Below, piece after piece: positions 36,247-45,604 of a DNA stretch of 64,000 nucleotides. Origin of the DNA: Chloroflexota bacterium (lineage in GTDB: Bacteria > Chloroflexota > Limnocylindria > Limnocylindrales > CSP1-4); contig PLLE01000038.1 of NCBI GenBank assembly GCA_003141245.1, positions 3,541 to 67,540 on the forward strand, given 5' to 3'. The notes below the pieces were generated by a model. The model saw only the letters and a program-made list of their open reading frames with translations, ran no database searches and was not told the origin of the DNA. How positions within the stretch are numbered: the first letter of the stretch is position 1; each line of letters begins with the position of its first letter. The translations under genes were made by a program, and so were the position numbers.

Positions 36247-37622
36247 TGAATCGCTCGATCGGCTCCATGCTCATGGCCACGTTCGTGCTGCGCGTCAGCA
36301 CGGCCATCACGGGCGGCATGCTGGTCTTCCTGGTCGACGACCTGACCCGCGGCTCCGGCACAGGGCCGCGCGACATCGCCATCCTGCACGGCGGCTTCTA
36401 CGCAACCGAGCTGACTGGGGCTATCGCCTTCGGCATCCTGGCGGACCGCTACGGCCGCAAGGTGATCATGCTGGTCGGGCCGCTCTTCGGCTCGGTCGCC
36501 GTCTTCATGACGGGCTTGACGACGATGATGCCGGTCCTCTTCTTCACCCGTTTGCTCGAAGGCAGCTCCACCGCCGCCTCGATCCCTTCGACGCTTGGCT
36601 TCATCGCCGCGGAGACGGCCCACGACGAGAAGTTGCGCGGCCGCGTCGTCTCGCTCTTCGAGCTCGTGTCGCTCGGAGGCATGCTCGCCGTCGGACCGGC
36701 ACTCTCAGGCCTGCTTTGGGACCGGTTCGGCCGGCCGGCCTTCTTCCTCAACTGCCTGCTGTATCTCGTCGCGTTGGGTCTGTACGGCTACGGCGTCTCG
36801 GAAGTGCCACGAGAGAGGGCGGCCGATCTCGCCGGGCGGGGCAAGGAGCGGGCCAGCATGGAGCTGCGGCGCTACTGGCGTATGGCCACCAGCCACAGCG
36901 TGCTCCTCTTCGCCCCGACCTGGCTGGCGATCAACGCCATCCTGGGGCTGTGGGCTCTCCAGGCGCCGCTCTTGCTCAAGGGCAATGTTCACGACCCGAG
37001 CCAGTTCCTGATGCAGGGCGTCTCGGCCTCGGCTATCGGCATCGGCGAGGCCGTTCTGGCGGTGGTCTTCGGGGCAGGCCTGCTCTTCTGGGGCGCCGTC
37101 TACGCCCGGTTCCGGCGGACCACCATGCTCCTTTTCGGGGTCGGGGCCTTTGCCGTCCTGGCCGTCGATGTGGTTCTGATCAACCACCTCGGTGGCGTCT
37201 CAGTCGGGCTTCTTTGCGCCTTTGTGGGCGTGGGGCTGGTAGCTCTCTTCGTGCTGTCGGGCGCGACCCCCGCGGCCCTCGGCCTGCTCGCCGACGTCAG
37301 CGAGGGGTTCGAGGAGGACCGCAGCGCCATCATGGGCCTGTACTCCGTCTTCCTGGGCCTGGGCCAGGTGATCGGGGCTGTGTTGGGCGGACTCGCCGCC
37401 ACCTGGCGCGGCATCGACGGCCTGGTGGTCGCCACTGCCGTCCTGCTCGTGATCGGCATCACGGCGCTTCTCCGGCTCCGGTCCCACGAAGCCCTGGTCG
37501 CCGCGTCCGCATCTCTCCGGCGCACGGATGCCCATCCGTTGCGTTCGGCAGGCGATACCCTTTCGAACGCCGCCGGAAGCGCGGCTGGACCGTCCGTCGC
37601 GGCAGTGAAGGAGGACCGATGA
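36246..37622 (+). CDS. MFS transporter
   Basis: 458 aa, about 12 TM. The GILADRYGRKVIM loop 2-3 motif is typical of MFS. Confidence 0.75.
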   Translation: MNRSIGSMLMATFVLRVSTAITGGMLVFLVDDLTRGSGTGPRDIAILHGGFYATELTGAIAFGILADRYGRKVIMLVGPLFGSVAVFMTGLTTMMPVLFFTRLLEGSSTAASIPSTLGFIAAETAHDEKLRGRVVSLFELVSLGGMLAVGPALSGLLWDRFGRPAFFLNCLLYLVALGLYGYGVSEVPRERAADLAGRGKERASMELRRYWRMATSHSVLLFAPTWLAINAILGLWALQAPLLLKGNVHDPSQFLMQGVSASAIGIGEAVLAVVFGAGLLFWGAVYARFRRTTMLLFGVGAFAVLAVDVVLINHLGGVSVGLLCAFVGVGLVALFVLSGATPAALGLLADVSEGFEEDRSAIMGLYSVFLGLGQVIGAVLGGLAATWRGIDGLVVATAVLLVIGITALLRLRSHEALVAASASLRRTDAHPLRSAGDTLSNAAGSAAGPSVAAVKEDR

Positions 37623-38464
37623 CCGTAGCCATCGTCACCGATTCCGGATCGGACCTGACACCGACCCAGCTGCGCGAAGGCAATATCCGCCAGGTGCCGC
37701 TCACCATCTCATTTGGCGATCGAAGCTATCTGTCGCCGGACGAGCTCGCACCCGAGGACTTCTGGCTCCAGCTGTCCGCCCCCGGCAGTCCATTCCCGCA
37801 CACGGCGGCTCCGAGCACAGGGCAGTTCAAGCGCGCCTTCGAGGAAGCCCTCGCCGAGGGGGCAGACGGCATCGTCTGTGTCTGCCTCGGCGAGAAGATC
37901 TCCTCGACGCTGAGCAGCGCCCAGATGGCCAAGGAGATGCTCCCCGGCAAGCAGATCGAGGTCATCGACTCGCGATCCGCCTGCATGGCTATCGGATTGC
38001 TGGCCATCCGCGGCGCCACGATGGCGGCCCACGGGGTTCCAGCTGGCCTGATCGCCGAGCGACTCGAGCGCATGCGCGACAGCACGGATCTCTTCGTGAC
38101 TCTCGAAACGCTCGACTACCTTCGCAAGGGCGGCCGCATCAGTCACGCGAAGGCGGCGATCGGCGGGCTGCTCTCCGTGAAGCCGATCATCACGGTCGTG
38201 GACGGCCTGGTGGTCACGGCAGACCAGCCCCGGACGAGGGCAAAGGCCCGCGAGCGACTCGTCGAACTCATGACCGATCGACCGGCCAGCGAGCTTTGCG
38301 TGCTCTACTCGCCGCCGGCCGACGGGCCGGCCCTTCGCGACGAAGTCCTTGCGCGTCTGCCGGGGTCGCCACCCAGAGTCGTGATGACGCAGATCATCGG
38401 GCCGGTCATCGGCGCCCACATCGGCCCGGGCGCATACGGCGGCATTCTCGTCCACGAGGAATGA
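37619..38464 (+). CDS. DegV family fatty-acid-binding protein
   Basis: The ATG at 37619 overlaps the MFS stop (ATGA). The translation begins MTVAIVTDSGSDL and includes LDYLRKGGRI. Confidence 0.85.
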   Translation: MTVAIVTDSGSDLTPTQLREGNIRQVPLTISFGDRSYLSPDELAPEDFWLQLSAPGSPFPHTAAPSTGQFKRAFEEALAEGADGIVCVCLGEKISSTLSSAQMAKEMLPGKQIEVIDSRSACMAIGLLAIRGATMAAHGVPAGLIAERLERMRDSTDLFVTLETLDYLRKGGRISHAKAAIGGLLSVKPIITVVDGLVVTADQPRTRAKARERLVELMTDRPASELCVLYSPPADGPALRDEVLARLPGSPPRVVMTQIIGPVIGAHIGPGAYGGILVHEE

Positions 38465-38837
38465 CCTGCTGCGCAGGCACGTCAGGCCGCAGGACGCTGG
38501 TCCCCGCTCGCCGAGCGGTCCCGCCGGTTGCGACTTCGCGCGATTCGGGTCAGGTCGGGCGCTAGGCCAAAATGCCCTCCGACCGGCGATTCGTTTGGCG
38601 TGTCGCCCTAGAGGTGCCGAAACGTTAGGCTAGACGGTCCTTGCGCCAACCTGGCTTCACTGTGGCGAGTATCGTGAAGAGAGTTATACTCGGCGCCAAG
38701 TTGAACCTGCGGTGCCGCTTTCCGGGTCAAACGGAAGGCCGCCGCGACATTGTCGGGCCGCCGTGTCGAGCGGGCCAGGCCACTGACCCGGTCGCTTCCC
38801 ACAAAGAGCGGTGTCGGCACTGGAGGGTTTCGGGCCG

Positions 38838-40103
38838 ATGGCGACCGAGCAGATCGCGCCAGCGATCAACGCATGGGACGTCGCCCAGCGCCAGTTCGAT
38901 CTGGCCGCCGAGCGTCTCAATCTCTCACCTGGACTCCGCAGGGTGCTGCGTGAACCCAAACGCGAGTTGACGGTCCACTTCCCGGTGAAGATGGACGACG
39001 GCTCGGTGCAGGTTTTCACCGGCTATCGGGTCCAGCACAACCTCGGACGCGGCCCCGCCAAGGGCGGCATCCGCTATCACCAGGACGTTACGCTCGACGA
39101 GGTCAAGGCCCTCGCGATGTGGATGACCTGGAAGTGCGCCGTCGTGGGCATCCCGTTCGGGGGAGGCAAGGGCGGCGTTATCGTCAACCCCAAGAAGCTC
39201 AGCCAGCGCGAGATCGAGGGCCTGACCCGACGCTTCACCACCGAGATCAGCATCCTCATCGGCCCTGAGCGCGATATCCCGGCCCCGGACGTCAACACCA
39301 ACGCCCAGACGATGGCCTGGATGATGGACACGTACTCGATGCACGTCGGTTACACCGTTCCGGCCGTCGTGACCGGCAAGCCGATCCCTCTCGGCGGCTC
39401 GGAAGGCCGCAACGAGGCGACGGCTCAGGGCGCGGTCTACACCATCGTCGATGCGGCCCAGCACCTGGGCATGGACCTGCGCAAGTGCCGGGTGGCGGTT
39501 CAGGGCTTCGGCAACGCCGGCGCCATCGCCGCCCAGCTGATGGCCGCTGAAGGTTCCACGGTCATAGCCGTGAGCGATTCGACCGGCGCCATCTATCGGC
39601 GGCAGGGCCTGGCGGTCAACTCCGTCCTGGCCTGGAAGCAGGAGCACCACAGCGTGGTCGGCCTCCCGGGCAGTAAGGAGATCAGCAACGAGGAGCTGCT
39701 CGAGCTCGACTGCGACATCCTCATCCCGGCCGCTCTCGAGAACCAGATCACGGCGGCGAACGCGGGCAAGATCCAGGCTCGGCTGATCGCCGAGGCCGCC
39801 AACGGCCCGACGACCCCGGAGGCGGACGAGATCCTGTACAAGAACGCCAGATTCGTCATCCCGGACATCCTGTGCAACGCCGGCGGAGTCACGGTCAGCT
39901 ACTTCGAATGGGTCCAGGATCTCGAACGCGACTTCTGGACCGTTGCCCAGGTGAACGAGAAGCTGCGAGCCGTGATGACGAAGGCGTTCGCCAGTACACT
40001 GGACATGAGCCTGAGCGAGCAGGTGAACATGCGGACCGCGGCCTACCTGCTCGCCGTGCAACGCGTCGCGGACGCCACATCGGTCCGCGGCCTTTACCCA
40101 TAG
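38838..40103 (+). CDS. gdhA: Glu/Leu/Phe/Val dehydrogenase family; NAD(P)-specific glutamate dehydrogenase
   Basis: GPAKGGIRYH, MTWKCAVVGIPFGGGKGG (catalytic Lys region) and VQGFGNAG (Rossmann motif). Confidence 0.85.
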   Translation: MATEQIAPAINAWDVAQRQFDLAAERLNLSPGLRRVLREPKRELTVHFPVKMDDGSVQVFTGYRVQHNLGRGPAKGGIRYHQDVTLDEVKALAMWMTWKCAVVGIPFGGGKGGVIVNPKKLSQREIEGLTRRFTTEISILIGPERDIPAPDVNTNAQTMAWMMDTYSMHVGYTVPAVVTGKPIPLGGSEGRNEATAQGAVYTIVDAAQHLGMDLRKCRVAVQGFGNAGAIAAQLMAAEGSTVIAVSDSTGAIYRRQGLAVNSVLAWKQEHHSVVGLPGSKEISNEELLELDCDILIPAALENQITAANAGKIQARLIAEAANGPTTPEADEILYKNARFVIPDILCNAGGVTVSYFEWVQDLERDFWTVAQVNEKLRAVMTKAFASTLDMSLSEQVNMRTAAYLLAVQRVADATSVRGLYP

Positions 40104-40126
40104 ACTGTCCTTTCGCTTATCCCTTT

Positions 40127-40165
40127 GCGGCCCCGACGCTCCCCCTCGCGTCGGGGCCGCTTTCT
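40127..40165 (+). terminator. intrinsic terminator after gdh
   Basis: gcggccccgacgc-tccccctc-gcgtcggggccgc forms a perfect 13-bp stem, followed by tttct. Confidence 0.75.
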
Positions 40166-40262
40166 GTCCGACCCGGTGCTACGATCCCTCGGCTAACGAC
40201 CGTGCGGTCCGGCGAAACAGCCAGGTATCGCCGATCCGGTACCGCTCGGGAAGGGAGCCTAG

Positions 40263-40868
40263 ATGCTCGACCACGAAGAGAAGTTCCTGTTCAAGGAGGA
40301 AACCCTCCACCTGGCCAACGCGCTCGCCGAACCGGGCGTGCTGGACAACGTCGAGGACCTCCTGACCGACGTCATCACCAGCCCGCGGTTCGACTCCGAG
40401 GTTTTCACCCTCGAGCGGTCGCTCCAGGTGATGCTGGGGGCCCGTGCCGGGGCGACATTGGTGGGACTCCTGACGGTCACGCCCGAAGTCTTCGACGAGA
40501 CGGCCGAGGTGCGGATCCCGCCCGAGGTCCAGGAGCGTCTGATCGCCTGGCGAGCTCGTTTCGGCCTGGCGATCGACAACGCGCTCAACTACCTGAACAA
40601 CCCCGACGGGATCCAGGGCCACAACTTCTCGACGCAGGTCGCCCACGTCGACGAACGGCGAGTCCTGCAGGGTCGCCTCACGCTGGTCCGCTACAACAAC
40701 GAGCCGCAGTTCTTCCTGGCCGACGCGAGCGTCTTCTTCGGCCTCGTGGTCGACCTCTTGGAGCGGCTCGGACCCTACCTGGAGCCTGACGCAATCGACC
40801 CCGAGACGCTCAGCCGCCTGCGGGAGGCCGTCCAGCTGGTCGACCGAAAGACGGCCAGCCGAGGCTAG
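40263..40868 (+). CDS. hypothetical protein
   Basis: 201 aa with strong third-position GC bias. No family recognised. Confidence 0.5.
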   Translation: MLDHEEKFLFKEETLHLANALAEPGVLDNVEDLLTDVITSPRFDSEVFTLERSLQVMLGARAGATLVGLLTVTPEVFDETAEVRIPPEVQERLIAWRARFGLAIDNALNYLNNPDGIQGHNFSTQVAHVDERRVLQGRLTLVRYNNEPQFFLADASVFFGLVVDLLERLGPYLEPDAIDPETLSRLREAVQLVDRKTASRG

Positions 40869-40926
40869 CCGGGATGGCCGCCGGAGAGGCGGCCATCTCT
40901 CGTCACGGTGACGGTCACGCTCCCGG

Positions 40927-42045
40927 CTACTTCTGGCCCGTTGGGTCGGTGTCGGGTTGCTGGCCGGGTTGCTGCGGCAGCGGAGGCTGCGGCAGCGGAT
41001 GCTGCTGACCGGCCGCCTGCCAGCCGGTGGGCCCGTAAGAGACCGGCCGGGCGACGGTGAAGGGGAGCAATCGCTTGCGGTAGGGGTCCACGACCCGTGC
41101 CACCAGGCGCCCTATCACGAGCAGGATCAGCAGCGCCAGCATGACCGGCAGGACCAGGACCACGACCCAGATTGCGACGGTGGCCGCACTCTGGGCAACG
41201 GAAGTCAGCGCTCCCGCCGCCCCGTCGAACTGCGTGCCCGCGTTCCAGGCGACCGGCGTGGCGGTTGGCTCAGGCGTCGGGCTCGGGGTCGGGCTCGGGC
41301 TGGGTGTGACCAGAGCGGGCGCCTCGAAGACGACCGTGAGGGTGCTGTAGGCGGACTGATCGGTCAGGCTCGCCAGCTGGGCCGACAGCTCTTCGATCTG
41401 GCCCCGAACCTCGGCCAGACGCTGCTCGACCGTGAGCACGTCGCCGATCGTGTTGGCCTTGGCCATGATCGCCTGGATGGCCTTCTCACTTGCCTTCAGG
41501 TTCTCGATGCGAGCCTGAAGATCGACGATCTGACCCCCCACCGCGGCCGAATCGGAGTGCTCGTCGAGGACCTTGGTGCCGAGTTTGCGCATCTGGGCGA
41601 CCGCGTCTTCGAAGCGGTCCGCCGGGACCCTGTAGGTCACAGAGGCCAGGCTTCCCGCGGTTGAGTTGGATCGATTGGAGCCGGCCATCCAGCCGCCGAG
41701 GGCATGCATCTGGTCCGTGGCGCGTGTAATCGAATCGTCGACGTTGGCGACCTGGATGTGGATCTGGCCCGTCTTGATGATTCGATCTTCGGGCCCACCC
41801 GCTCCGGCGCTGGGGACCGCGCCGCCGCTGCTTGGATACGCCACCGGCGCGCCTGTCGCCGCCGGGGCGGCGCTTGTACCGCTGCCGTTGTAGGCCGCTT
41901 CGCCGTTGACGATCGTCGCGGCCGCGCTGGCCGCAGGGTACCCGTACTGCTTGTCGGAGCCGATCGCCGCGCCCGAACTGCTACACCCGGCCGCGGCCAC
42001 CAGGCCCACAGCGAGCGCGCAGAGAATGATCGCGTTTCTTCGCAT
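40927..42045 (-). CDS. DUF4349 domain lipoprotein, paralog A
   Basis: The ATG at 42045 gives MRRNAIILCALAVGLVAAAGC (lipobox). The core KTGQIHIQV...SVTYRVPADRFEDA...DLQARIENLK...STLTVVF is DUF4349-like. It has a C-terminal TM and a Pro/Gln tail. Confidence 0.7.
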   Translation of the reverse strand: MRRNAIILCALAVGLVAAAGCSSSGAAIGSDKQYGYPAASAAATIVNGEAAYNGSGTSAAPAATGAPVAYPSSGGAVPSAGAGGPEDRIIKTGQIHIQVANVDDSITRATDQMHALGGWMAGSNRSNSTAGSLASVTYRVPADRFEDAVAQMRKLGTKVLDEHSDSAAVGGQIVDLQARIENLKASEKAIQAIMAKANTIGDVLTVEQRLAEVRGQIEELSAQLASLTDQSAYSTLTVVFEAPALVTPSPSPTPSPTPEPTATPVAWNAGTQFDGAAGALTSVAQSAATVAIWVVVLVLPVMLALLILLVIGRLVARVVDPYRKRLLPFTVARPVSYGPTGWQAAGQQHPLPQPPLPQQPGQQPDTDPTGQK

Positions 42046-42155
42046 CGTCGATCCCTCTTGTTCCTTCTTCGCTTCGCTGGCTGACGCCGGCGAACTTCCC
42101 ACCTTTAGTGCGTCGCCATGCGGCCTTTCGGTTCACCCGGCCAGGGGAGTAGCCG

Positions 42156-43298
42156 CTACGCCGCCGACGCGGTCGGCGAGCCCGGCGTGGAGGGCGTGGC
42201 GGGCGAGCCCGGCGTGGCGCCTCGCCGCCGCGATCGGCCGGACAGCCGCCTGACCAGCCACAGGAACGCCATCAGGATGAGCACCGCGACGACGATCGGC
42301 AGGCCGACGACGATTGCCCAGACGGCCATGGTCGCGAGGCCCTGGCCGATATGGACGAGAGCCGCCGCCGCCTGATCGATCTGCTTGCCAAGGTCCCATT
42401 CCTGCGTGGCCTGGGTGACCACGGTCTTGTCCGGCAACGAGAAGGTCGCGCTCAAGGTGCTCATTGCGGCCTGGTCCTTGAGGTGGTCGCGCTCGGCGGT
42501 CAACTGCTCGATCTCGCCCTGGGTCTGGCTGAGCTGCTGTTCGACCGCGAGGACGTCCGGAACGGCACTGGCCCTGGCCATGATCGACTGCAGAGCGGTC
42601 TCGGTCGTCTTGAGGTTGTCGAGGCGGGCGTCGAGATCGATGACCTGAGTGGTGACGTCGGTCGTGTCAGTCTGCTCGGAGAGGACCCGGCCGGCGAGAT
42701 TACGCATCGCCGTCAGCGCGTCATCCCACTTCGCCGCGGGCAGGCGATACGTTACCGACGCGATGGCATCGTCCTTGCTGCCCGATCGGGACGACTGGCT
42801 GACGTAACCGCCCAGGCCGACGACTGTGGACTGCGCCTGCGCGACGGCCTTGTCGAGGTCTGAGACCTCGAGTGACATCGAGCCGGTCTTGACGATCTGG
42901 GTGGTTTCCAGCGACGTCGTCAGCTGCAGCTCCACCGGGGTCTTGGTTCCGCCACTGGAACTGCTGAAGCCCGAGTCGCCGTTGCCGATGCCGCCCATCT
43001 GGCCGGTGAGATCAATCGGGACCGCGGCAGCGGAAGTGGCCAACGGGGCATTGCGGTAGGCGGAATCGGCGGGCCCGGCCTGCGCCGCACCCGCGCTGGG
43101 CGGGTTGCCGATCGTGTATGCGGCGCCCAGGAGCGACACGAGCGCGACGGCAGCGACGATGCCGCTCACAGGGAGCCGGCCGACGCGACCCCGGGCGATC
43201 TTGCGGGCGACGAAGCCCAGGACGTCGCGAGGCAGCGAGGCAGCCGATCGGGCGCTCCGGTCCTTGACTGGTTGCGGCTCGTTGGCGTTGGTGGTCAT
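42156..43298 (-). CDS. DUF4349 domain membrane protein, paralog B
   Basis: KTGSMSLEV...SVTYRLPAAKWDDA...DLDARLDNLK...STLSATF is collinear with paralog A. It has an N-terminal TM anchor and a C-terminal TM. Confidence 0.7.
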   Translation of the reverse strand: MTTNANEPQPVKDRSARSAASLPRDVLGFVARKIARGRVGRLPVSGIVAAVALVSLLGAAYTIGNPPSAGAAQAGPADSAYRNAPLATSAAAVPIDLTGQMGGIGNGDSGFSSSSGGTKTPVELQLTTSLETTQIVKTGSMSLEVSDLDKAVAQAQSTVVGLGGYVSQSSRSGSKDDAIASVTYRLPAAKWDDALTAMRNLAGRVLSEQTDTTDVTTQVIDLDARLDNLKTTETALQSIMARASAVPDVLAVEQQLSQTQGEIEQLTAERDHLKDQAAMSTLSATFSLPDKTVVTQATQEWDLGKQIDQAAAALVHIGQGLATMAVWAIVVGLPIVVAVLILMAFLWLVRRLSGRSRRRGATPGSPATPSTPGSPTASAA

Positions 43299-43390
43299 CG
43301 GTCCGCCCTCTGCTGCTCGACTCGTGCGGGGCCGTCGTTCTGCGGCCATCGAATGGAGGACGCCGCGCTGGCGCCGGCGGTTCCCGGGGA

Positions 43391-43430
43391 GTGGCGCCGG
43401 CTAGTGGCGCCGTTCTATGGCGCCGTTCTG
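43391..43430. repeat. three direct GGCGCC-containing repeats upstream of DUF4349 paralog B
   Basis: gtggcgccggcta / gtggcgccgttcta / tggcgccgttctg are contiguous, about 95-130 bp upstream of the 43298 start. Confidence 0.6.
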
Positions 43431-43622
43431 TCAACAAGGAGTTGCCCCCGGGCCCCAGTGGGGTCCTGATGGAGCCGGCCAAGCACGATCGGAGCGCCAT
43501 CTCGGCCCGACGGCATCGCCAGACACGGATCGATCCGTTCGGGTAAGGGATGCGGAGTCGATCAGCTTCCGCAGAACTGGATCGGCACGAAGACCGGTTG
43601 CCGAACCAGTAGTCTCAGGACG

Positions 43623-44258
43623 TCACCCGTGGAGGTAGGGGACCTTGGCCACTCTAGATGTGAGGTCGCTCAACGACAGGTTCCCGTCCAGGGGAGTCTG
43701 GACGATATCGTTGGCGTCGATGGGCCAGGCCTCAAGGACGTCCAGATCGGGGATGGGTCCGCCTTTGCTGTCCGTGGTCCGTAGCAGCCAGAAGACATAG
43801 CGTGCGCCTTCAGTCGGAACTGAAACGCCTTCGAAGATCACGCGATCGCAACCGATCGTGCCACCCGGTAGGAAAGCCCGCGCCGCTCGCGATGGATCGC
43901 CCCGGACTGCCGTTTCGGTCTTGATCAGCACAGGCTGAATGATGACTGCTGGATTCAGGAGCGGATTCCGATCCTTCGGCCTCGATCCATCCGGCGAATC
44001 CCAGCGCGCTTTGCCGATACCTTTGAACTCGCCGACGACGACTACCTCGGACATCATCGCCATGTTGTCGATCGTCCGGGGTATCTCCTGTCCGATCGGA
44101 ATCGTCTCGTCTATGCACTGTGCGGTGGGGAACACCACAGGCGGATCGGTGTGAGGGGGCTTGTCAAAACCTGTCGCCGACGGATCAGGGGACGAACCCG
44201 CCGTGACACACGCAGCGGCCAGAATGGCGAATGCGGCCAACGCAACTAGCAGCCGCAC
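43623..44258 (-). CDS. putative lipoprotein, function unknown
   Basis: GTG at 44258 gives (M)RLLVALAAFAILAAAC (lipobox). GC is lower than in the surroundings. Confidence 0.55.
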   Translation of the reverse strand: MRLLVALAAFAILAAACVTAGSSPDPSATGFDKPPHTDPPVVFPTAQCIDETIPIGQEIPRTIDNMAMMSEVVVVGEFKGIGKARWDSPDGSRPKDRNPLLNPAVIIQPVLIKTETAVRGDPSRAARAFLPGGTIGCDRVIFEGVSVPTEGARYVFWLLRTTDSKGGPIPDLDVLEAWPIDANDIVQTPLDGNLSLSDLTSRVAKVPYLHG

Positions 44259-44760
44259 AGAGGAGATCCTGAATACGCACGAAACAGGGTTACTGGATGG
44301 CTGCCATCGCCGCACGGCGTCGTGCCGGGATTCTGGTGGGGGTAGCTAGCCTCAACTTGAGGCGGCGCCGCGAGCGAGCCAAGCGCAACGGTCGAGAAGA
44401 CAGCCACTACCGGTCGGAACGAAGGTCCCCAAACCATATTGCTCACGCGACCCCTTCTCGACTTCGCCGAGTATATGACTTGGCCTCCTTGCGTCAAATG
44501 GAAGTTGTCGGTCGCGTGGGGTCGCTCAGCCTCCGCTCCTGGTGGTCGTAACGCTGCGTCATCTACGCGTTCGACAGGATGCGGAGCGAGCCGGCGGCAA
44601 GGTCTGGAGCAGCTCCGACTATGTGTGCGGCAACAGGCAGGCGGCTGGTTGGCCCGCTGGACGGTGAGGGCGAAAGATCAGGAGAAAGCAGAAGGTCCTC
44701 GGAGATGCCTCCGGGGGCCTATCTCTCGCTCAGGTCTTGGCTGGCGAGGCCAGGGTTATG

Positions 44761-45600
44761 TCAGGGCAGAGGCTCGTTGTCGATGAGCCGGACGGCACCG
44801 AAGCGGACGGCCATCGAGAGCAACGCCGGCCCGTTGACGCGGTCGAGCTCGGCGAGAGTGGCTGGGTCCGCGCAGCTGACGTATTCGGGCGCGGCGAGCG
44901 ACTCCGCCGCGAGCGTCATCCGCATCGTGGCCCGGAGTATCTCCGCGTCGCGCTCGCCGGCGTCGTACTGGGAGCGGGCGGCCGACAACGCGCGTCGCAG
45001 AACCGGGGCGGCCGCCCGCTGCTGGGGAGTGAGCAGCACGTTGCGGGAGCTCATCGCCAGGCCATCGGCCTCGCGCAAGGTTGGGCAAGCGACGACATCC
45101 GTGCCGATCGCCAGGTCTTCGGTCATTCGCCTGATGACCAGGAGCTGCTGGGCATCTTTCTGCCCGAAGTAGGCCCGATCGGCTCCGGCCAGACCAAACA
45201 GGATCGCGACAACGGTCGTGACTCCCTCGAAGTGGCCGGGTCGCGCCGCGCCCTCGAGCGGCTCGGTCAGGGCGCCCACGCGCACGACGGTATCTGAGCC
45301 GGCCGGATATATCTGGTCGACGGTGGGAATGAACACCAGATCGGCCCCAGACCTGGCGCAAAGTTCGACGTCCACAACCTCGGTCCGTGGATAGCGCTCG
45401 TAGTCCGCCGGCTCATTGAACTGCGTCGGGTTTACGAAGATCGTCACCAGGACCGTGGCGTTCTCGGTTCGCGCCCGCTCGATGAGCGAGGCATGTCCCT
45501 CGTGAAGAGCCCCGAGGGTGGTGACCAGCCCGAGCGGTCGAGGTGCCCCGGCCAGCGCGGCGCGCAACTCGGCCCGCGTGCGAACAACTCGGACGGCCAC
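44761..45600 (-). CDS. panC: pantoate--beta-alanine ligase
   Basis: GTG at 45600. TLGALHEGHASL (HxGH), VNPTQF and YFGQKDAQQ motifs. Confidence 0.9.
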   Translation of the reverse strand: MAVRVVRTRAELRAALAGAPRPLGLVTTLGALHEGHASLIERARTENATVLVTIFVNPTQFNEPADYERYPRTEVVDVELCARSGADLVFIPTVDQIYPAGSDTVVRVGALTEPLEGAARPGHFEGVTTVVAILFGLAGADRAYFGQKDAQQLLVIRRMTEDLAIGTDVVACPTLREADGLAMSSRNVLLTPQQRAAAPVLRRALSAARSQYDAGERDAEILRATMRMTLAAESLAAPEYVSCADPATLAELDRVNGPALLSMAVRFGAVRLIDNEPLP

Positions 45601-45604
45601 GCGG

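Noticed and set aside
36143-38464. 773-aa ORF spanning the MFS and DegV genes
   Set aside because: Its first roughly 490 codons are an alternative frame of the MFS gene (Arg/Gly/Pro-rich). Only the last 281 aa, from the ATG at 37619, are the genuine DegV protein.
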